Assembly: GCA_054661495.1 (NCBI GenBank)
Contig: BAAFSQ010000028.1
Coordinates: 30,843 to 62,842 of the forward strand
Length of the DNA stretch: 32,000 nt
Origin: Zygophlyctis sp. KS116
Lineage: Eukaryota > Fungi > Chytridiomycota
Direction: 5' to 3'
Shown: positions 24,388 through 32,000 of the stretch, one piece after another
Layout of the letters: every line of letters begins with the position of its first letter
Numbering within the stretch: position 1 is the first letter of the stretch
Translations under genes and position numbers: made by a program
Notes under the pieces: generated by a model
Told to the model about the DNA's origin: nothing
The model's input: only the letters and a program-made list of their open reading frames with translations
Databases searched by the model: none

Positions 24388-27300
24388 ATGGAAGACCATG
24401 AAGATTGGTCAAATTGTTCATTGGGTGAAAGACTGGTGCATAAGGTATATTGGAATAATTTTATCATATAGTCTTGGAAGGCAAGGTCATCTGCTTATGA
24501 GGAAATTGGGAAAAAATGTTCTTGTTTTGAAGAAAATGATTTTTTAAAGTATTCAGAGGATCTGAAACGGATGGTGTCGGACGCTAATCAAGTTGCGCAG
24601 GAAGCTGGCTTGAGTACGATTGTACAATTTTTAACTCATGCCCCAGCACCTCTTTCGTAAATATCTTTTACTAAACATAGAATTAAATGCACCAAAAATA
24701 CAATTGTTCCATTGATCGTAAGTAAAACTTTTGGTTCAAGTAGAGCTGGGACAAAGAATATGGCATTGGAGGTTTTGATGTGTTATGTAGAATTAGACCA
24801 CTCTGATTACGTGATTGTAAGATTTAAAAACTTACGGTAGAATGAAACTATTTTAGGATTAGATCACAAAACTCCAAAAAATGTCTTATTTGCAGTTTAT
24901 GCTCTAAAAGAGATTGTGAGGTAATAAGATTAATACCAAAATTTAGGGTGTTTGGTGTTCCGACAATCAATTTAAAGACTATATTAAAGCAATTGGGAAA
25001 AATATTTGATCATAAAGATGTTGCTGTAAGAAATATGGTAATTAATGACAAAATATTGAAGATTAGGGTACAGAGTTGGCTGTTGAGATTTATAAGTGGA
25101 TAGGCCCTGCTATTTCCAATTGTATCGCGAATTTAAAGCCGATTCAAGTAATTATATTTTTATAAGAAATAGCTCAAAGAATTAAATCAAGTTTTTGAAA
25201 ATTCTTCGCATGGAGCTCAAAAAGCCATTCGCTTTACAAGATCAAATCGAAATGACTCTTCAACTCCGACCTTAGGGAAATCATTGACACAGGAGACTCT
25301 TGTTGCTGCGGAAGAGTCAGATCCAGAACAATTTGATACTAATAGTCTTATTGATCCTGTAAATGTTTTGGATAAACTTCCCAAAAATCTTTATGATAAT
25401 ATGGTGATTTTTTTTGATTAAGAATTTAGACTGACCAAAAATGGAAAATTAGGAAAGAAGCCCTTGATAATTTGTTGGAGATCTTAAGCGTTCCTAAATA
25501 CTCGGATGGAAAATATGGTGAGCTAATTGGTTCTCTTGGAAAGGTAAAGGCTTCAATTAATTAATTAATTTAAAAGAGAATGAATGATTCCAACATTTTG
25601 GTTGTTTCTCTAGCGGTGAATTGTATCGAGAAGATTGCTTTGGGATTGAATTCTTCGTTTTCCCAGTATAAATCTTCTGTAATCATATTCAAATTTTAAA
25701 GTTGTAGATTTTCTCATTGGTTGTCGATCGACTAAAGGAAAAAAAGTCTCAGGTTGTTGAGGCGATCAAATCAGCACTGGACGCTATATTTAAAGCCGTA
25801 TTTTATAGTTGAAATGACAATTATTAGGTGCCAGACTTGACTATTTTTATGGATGATTTTACAACTGGATTTTCGCACAAGAATCCGCAAGTTAGGACTG
25901 AGATAATTAAATGGATGTCTAGATGCTTGAGAAAATCCAAGCAACTGTTGAATAAAGCTGAAATAAAGCTTTTAGCTAATTCATTTCTCAAAGTAAATCA
26001 ATTCTTATTTTCTAAATCAAAGGGAATGGATGACGGCGCGGATATTATACGTGAGGCATCTGCAGAGGCAATGGGAAATTTGATGAAGTTGGTATCTGAA
26101 AAATCGTTATATCCTTATATGGAAAAGCTTGATAAAATAAAGGAAGCTAAAGTCAGGGACTACTATCAAAAGGTCAAAAATTGCGTTAGTGCTGTGTCTT
26201 CTGAAGTTACCACAGTAGCTAAAAACCCATCAAAAATTCATTCTACAGTCAAATTATCGGTAAGTGGTTTATTTATTTATATATTCAGAAGGCAAGTACA
26301 CAAAAGAACGAAACCAAGTCTAAGCCAGTCATGAAGAAGGCATTAAATATTGTGGATAAACCAACTTCTTCAAGTTCAAAAGCGGATCCCATAAAATTTG
26401 TCTATACTAATGAATCAGCCGTGGATTGTATTCGTCAGTCACCACTGGCGGAATATTCAGAACCTCTTAAGGATTCCAATTGGAAACTACGACTAGAAGG
26501 TATCTGCATTATTATTTTTAATTTTCAGCTCTCAATCTTTTTTATGAGAAAATTAAAAATGATAGTGAGATGGATTTACACGGCGAAGTGATTGTTCGTT
26601 TCTTGGGAATTAGTCCGGGGTGGAAAGAAAGCAATTTTCAGGTATGTTTTTTTTTTCATTTTGATATAAGATACTTAATTTAATGATGAACGTTATTCAG
26701 ATTTTGGCCGATTCGAAGGATTCATTCACTAAAGCTTCTGCTTCGTTGGTTTTGCCGGGTAATCTTTATTGTGATAAGTTTTAGTTCTTTTTGAAAAACT
26801 TTCTGATGTCAAACTAAGGAAAATGGCCGTTGGTGCTCTGGGGGCTATTATTAAGTCTACATCTATTCAATTTGTCTTTTCCCAAATGCATGCATCAGTT
26901 CATTCTTTAAAGAATCCGAAAGCATTATGTGAACTATTTATTTGGATGAAAGAATCTTTATTGGAATTTGGGTTGAAAAATGTAGATCAGGCTGCACTAG
27001 TTGATTCATTGAAAAGAGGGTTTCTAAACTCAAATCAGGCGGTGAGAACTGCGGCCACGGCTGCTTTTGGTATTTTGAATAGTCTTTCTAAAAATGGTAA
27101 AATCTATTTAGATTAAAGAAAGATTTACTCATATTGGTTAATGATATTAGCCCTCAAATGATTCAATTATTAAAAACAGAATGTGAAACGGCAAAAAACT
27201 GCACCCAAGCCAAATGCAGTGAAACTGCAAAGTTATCACTTGATGAGAGCTCAATGAAAGTAGAGAATATTGAACTTCAAGATATTTCTGCATTAATATC

Positions 27301-30300
27301 TCATGAATTGATTGAGGTTTGTTTTATTCTATATTTACGAAAAGAATATGAATGACTCTAATTGGAAAATCCGAAAAGCTGCTCTTGATGATTTGCTTAA
27401 TATTTTGAAGGGAATTAAATCTATAATTAAGCCCAATCTAGGTATATGAATTCTAGTTTTTTAATCCTAGATAACGATTTATATGCTGCTTTGAAGTTGC
27501 GTTTAACTGACAGCAACAAAAATCTAGTTATGGAAGCAGTTGAAATTATTGGAGAATTAGCCAATGCAATGGGTCCCTCATTCGAAAAGCCGCTCAAGAT
27601 TCTTTTAGGTCCTGTATTGAGCACTCTGACAGATCCGAAACCACAGGTGCGACAAAACATTATCCAGTCTCTCACAAAAATAAGAGACAGTGTTGGTCTT
27701 CAATTGGTTATTCCAGTGATATCGAACACTTTGATGACTGATCATTTCACGCTTAGGAAAGATCTTCTTCAATGGCTTAACGATCAGAAGAATACTGACT
27801 TCTCAACATTGGATTATCAGCTTTTAATACACCCAGTTTTTCTTTGTCTTCAAGACAGGAATACTGACGTCAGAAAATTATCACAAGAGTTATTTAATTT
27901 AATGGGAATCAAAGTCGGTGCCGAGGTATTACGTGAAAAGGCAAATGATTTATTCAGAGGAGCTGCTCTAGCGTCAATAACACCGTTTTTAGAAAATGTC
28001 AAACCGCTCCAAGCTATCAAAAATATTCCTGAAAAAATTGAATCTGTCTCAAAGTCTAACAAACCTAAAAATCAAAAGCTTCGAGCAGCCGTAGAAAATG
28101 TTAAAACATTGCCTAAAGGGCCATCTTTGGAATCTCTTGACTCAGTGTTCTGCAATATACTAGCTTGTGACTTAAAAATGAAGGAACAGAGAGCTAACTC
28201 TGATAAAGGGATTTTGAAATGGAATTTTGATCTTCCTCGTAAAGACTTGACAGATCATTTGATGGAACAGTGTTCTTTAGTTTTATCGCCTGATCTTCTC
28301 TCTTTACTATTTAGTACAGAGCACTATAAAGAAAAAGATCATATTAATGGACTTAATCGACTTTGTGATGAATTACAAAACCGTAATAGTAGTATCAATG
28401 ATAATCATTTAACATCTCCTGAATTAAAACAGAGATACTTATCATGCTCAGATCTATTACTGAAGTATGTCACAATTCGGTTTTTCGACACGAATACATC
28501 GATTTTGTTAAAAGTTTTAGAATTTTTAGAACTTTTATTTACCACAATGGAAGAAGAAGGCTATTTACTCAGTGATTATGAAGCTTCGTGTTTTCTGCCA
28601 TTTTTAATCAATAAGGTATATTTTGTATATTTAAGTTATATTAGGTGGGAGATAATAAAGAAACACTACGATCCAAGGTACGAGAGTTGATTAAATGGCT
28701 TTCACGCCTGTACCCTGCGTCAAAGCTCTTTCTTTATGTCATGAAGGGTTTAGACTCCAAGAATTCCCGAACTCGAACTGAAAGCCTAGATGAACTGGCA
28801 TACCTTATTCAGCGGAATGGTATATCAGTATGTGTTCCTGCAAAGGTTTTCCCCTTGATCACTCAGCAAGTTGGTGACAGAGACCCTGGTGTACGGAATG
28901 CTGCTTTAAGTGTTATAATTCAGGCATACTCATTGGTCGGTGAAAATATTTATAAATTTTTGGGCCGACCTAGCGAAAAAGATCGAAGTTTAATTGAAGA
29001 AAAGATTAAAAGGTGCGCACCTGGAGTTGAAATTGTCCAAGAAATACTCCCAAAAAAAGAAACGAAGAGATGCTCGACACCTGTTCGCAAATGCGAGCCC
29101 ATTTTAAAGATTGCGGATGAATTGCCCCTTAAGGTTTTCAGCCTTGATTTGGAATTGATTGAAGGTGATTTGAAGCTTTCGGCATCCAAGTCAAATGGGG
29201 CTAGTATTGAATCTTCTAAAAACTCTCTGGTGTCTTTGGTAGATCAAATTGATATTAGGAATCCTCAAGAAAGTATGTTAATTGTGAAGAAAATAGAGGA
29301 TCAATTATCTCGAGATCCGGAATCTATGATTGGATGTGCGAATAATGTCGTTGGTACTCTAACTAAATACGTCAATACGCTTTTTTCTTCTTCTGAACTT
29401 CCTAAAGCCGACGGAGCACGGTTTGGGAAACATCTTCTTAACGCTATGATATTGATTTTCTCATCAGCGCCACTTTCCAAGAACCTTGAAAGAGATGTTC
29501 TTTACAATTGTTTGGATGTGGCTTTAATTCATCTTTTAGATCCAAGTGTTACTAGCCTTGAGCAGGGAGTTCATTTGTCTAAAATGATGAATATACTCAT
29601 GGTTCGAGCATTGCAGAATATTCATCCTAATTTTGCATTTAGGTAAGTCTGATAATCTAAAGCCCAGTATAATGCTTGAGATACTTGGAATATCTGCACA
29701 AAAGATGCTAGATTTATCGGGCAATGATTTAATACGCCAATCAAAGCATACAGAGCTGGTTATGAAATGTACCTGGAAATTGATTAAGACAATTCCTCAA
29801 ATGTTACAGGAAAATTCATTGGATATACCTCCACTACTTCTCGATGTACACAATTTTCTCGTACGTACCCCTCCTTTAGAATGGAAACGACGATCATCGC
29901 TTTCGATTCCTCAAGCTGATATGCCTCTAAGGACAGTTAAAACTATTTTAAGTATAATCCTCAATAACATTGGTAATGGTTATGAATCTTATATATTCTT
30001 AATTACAGATCACAATAACAGTCATGCTGTACAGTATCTGAAACAAATGAGTGACTCAAGCAAAAAGGAGAACTCTCTTTCCGTTAATGAATCTAAAAGC
30101 AGGCTCTCAGTTATATTTGACAAGATATCGAATAAAGAAGAAACCAAGATGGGAATACAAGAGTTATATGAATTTCAGAAAAATCATCCTAATGCAGGAT
30201 ATCTTATTGAAGAGCGACTTTCTCAAACAGGAGCGTATTTCCAGGGATATATCCGTAGAGGCTTGAATCATTTGAAAGAATCCGAATCTTCTGTTTCTGA

Positions 30301-30538
30301 TCTAGTCAAATCCTCTTCTTATGATCCAAATTTGGCCCAAACAATGAATATGTCTTCTAGTATGCAAAACTTATCTAAGAGCAATCTTGTGACGGCTGAT
30401 AATGCTACAAGCGTAATAATCTCTAAAGAAATCAATCAATCTGAAAATGCAGCACTTCCAGCAATGGATCGTAGTTTGGCAGTGGCTGAATTAAAGGAGC
30501 GATTAGCTAAAATGAAGTTGAATATGCAAAACAAGTAA
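24388..30538 (+). CDS. CKAP5: XMAP215/ch-TOG/Stu2-family microtubule polymerase with multiple TOG domains, about 20 tiny introns
   Basis: Reconstructed N-terminus MEDHEDWSNCSLGERLVHK|SWKARSSAYEE. TOG signatures QKWKIRKEAL, DSNWKLRLE, PGWKESNFQ, DSNWKIRKAAL, RFFDTNTS, YEASCFLPFL and SKNSRTRTESL. C-terminal LKERLAKMK helix. Confidence 0.95.
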
Positions 30539-30560
30539 TTTTTTCTACAATTTTTTAAGA

Positions 30561-31388
30561 ATGCAGGCTTACAAAACTGCTATAGCTGAGATGACTATTT
30601 TAAGGAATTCATTGATGAAATTATCAAAAGAACTTGTCAGTACTGAACTTGAACTTGGCTGCATTGGCCCTGGTGAGGTCTCACTGTATCTTGGCGATAA
30701 TTGGTTTGTATCGGTCCAGAAGGCAGATGCATTGAATATCATTAAAAGAAGAATTGAATTTCTAGACTCACAAATTTCAAATTTACAGTTTGCAGCATTG
30801 AAATCAGAAATGTCAGAGTTTGTTGATATTGTTGAGACTGATGATGTTTCATCGCAATATATCATGCCGTCCGACAATAAATTCTGTAATCAAGAAAAGA
30901 ATGTTGGGGAATTTGAAAAGAATTTATTTGAACTTTTAAATCAATTGGAAGATCAAGAGCTTTCAGATCAAACTCATGACTCTATAAACAGCAATGATGA
31001 GCAAGGATCACAAAACGATTCATTCTCTGATAAATCTCATCAAGAATCTCATCAATCTCAAGAATCTTTGCAAGGTAGTGATACAGAAATTCCAGAGAAA
31101 AAAGTACATTTTGCTCCGGGAACAAAGTGTGAAGAATCGTCTAAAACTCAAGCTCCAAAAAGGCCTATTAAAGATTTCATAGTAGAGAGGGAAATAGATT
31201 CATTTGATGATGATTCTGATCTTGAAGACTATCATGTTGGAAGAGAAATTTCAAGAGAATACATTGCATTCAGGGATAAAATTGAAATTTCTAATCAGCA
31301 ACTACAGTATCAAGGAAGAGGATTGGACAAGTTTCAGCCAAAAGTTTCCAAATTCAAATCAAGGTCGTTAGAAGCAAAAGAAATATAA
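30561..31388 (+). CDS. URI1: Unconventional prefoldin URI1/Bud27 (the true start may lie upstream, see findings)
   Basis: Prefoldin-alpha EVSLYLGDNWF...ALNIIKRRIEFL, then VDIVE, an acidic/S-rich middle, KKVHFA, IVERE and terminal KVSKFKS (URI box). Confidence 0.85.
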   Translation: MQAYKTAIAEMTILRNSLMKLSKELVSTELELGCIGPGEVSLYLGDNWFVSVQKADALNIIKRRIEFLDSQISNLQFAALKSEMSEFVDIVETDDVSSQYIMPSDNKFCNQEKNVGEFEKNLFELLNQLEDQELSDQTHDSINSNDEQGSQNDSFSDKSHQESHQSQESLQGSDTEIPEKKVHFAPGTKCEESSKTQAPKRPIKDFIVEREIDSFDDDSDLEDYHVGREISREYIAFRDKIEISNQQLQYQGRGLDKFQPKVSKFKSRSLEAKEI

Positions 31389-31413
31389 TATATTTACTCG
31401 ATAAAATTATACT

Positions 31414-31735
31414 TTAGAAATCATCATCATCGCTGAGAATAGGACGAGATGAATTGTTCATTGGCATATTCGAAAAGTTATCTACCCAGTCGGCATATAC
31501 ATCGATTGGTTGAGAAATAGGAGCTATAGATTATTAGTTAAAGAAAATTACGATCAAGGGCCATAGTATGAGTTGCAGAACAAGACTTGCAAGTTAATAT
31601 TCCTTGTCTTGCATTCGTTAGACATTTGACAGAAACAGATTTCTCTGCATTGCATTCTAAACACTTGAAATTAGTCTCTAACTTGGCTTTAAGCTTCTTT
31701 ACTGGCTTCCGTGTGGCAGACTTTTTCTTTGCCAT
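31414..31735 (-). CDS. ELF1: Transcription elongation factor Elf1/ELOF1, 2 exons
   Basis: Basic N-terminus MAKKKSATRK, zinc ribbon FKCLECN...LTCKSC, a 28-nt intron (31524-31551), then ISQPIDVYADWVD. Confidence 0.9.
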
Positions 31736-32000
31736 ATAAAATTTAAAAAAAGTTAAATTTTGATTCTCAACAGCAGATGGCATAATTTAACTCAGAATGA
31801 TAAAATATTGGTCCCTGTATCCTTGTTGATAATCATGTTGAAAAATTAGAGGAATTAATAAAATTAATTTGACTATGCAGTTTGGCTCCAAAGAGAATAA
31901 TTTATTTAAAATCTTTTATCTTCAATAAAATTAACAATAATTGAGATCAATAAATATATTTATCAGAAGCAGTGATTTAATTTACAAAAGGAAAATTATT

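Noticed and set aside
31790-31845. ATGATTA...CTGA on the minus strand upstream of ELF1 as a C/D snoRNA
   Set aside because: Box C is imperfect, the span is only about 45 nt, and I see no rRNA-complementary guide.

Overview
AT-rich, extremely gene-dense eukaryotic DNA, inferred to be from a zoosporic (chytrid-type) fungus: it has flagellar genes (inner-arm dynein heavy chain, CFAP91) next to fungal-type MDM10, MIC19 and an SCT1/GPT2-like GPAT. By hand I reconstructed 21 protein genes. They are split by roughly 60 very short GT-AG introns (22-33 nt), which explains the fragmented ORF track. Gene spacing is minimal, and several convergent stop codons abut or overlap. Main observations: (1) the only long intron (94 nt, in an NDUFA4/B12D-type gene) hosts a box C/D snoRNA resembling SNORD79/snoR44; (2) a 25-nt intron-like segment spans the XMAP215 stop codon and would join XMAP215 in frame to the downstream URI1 gene; (3) an intron-like segment starts right after the MDM10 stop and ends 6 nt before the WDR55 ATG, hinting at linked transcription of tandem genes; (4) TGGCGTTTG lies 1-6 nt upstream of three start codons. 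I saw no rRNA, tRNA, CRISPR array or clear mobile element. All family calls come from recognising motifs, not from database searches.
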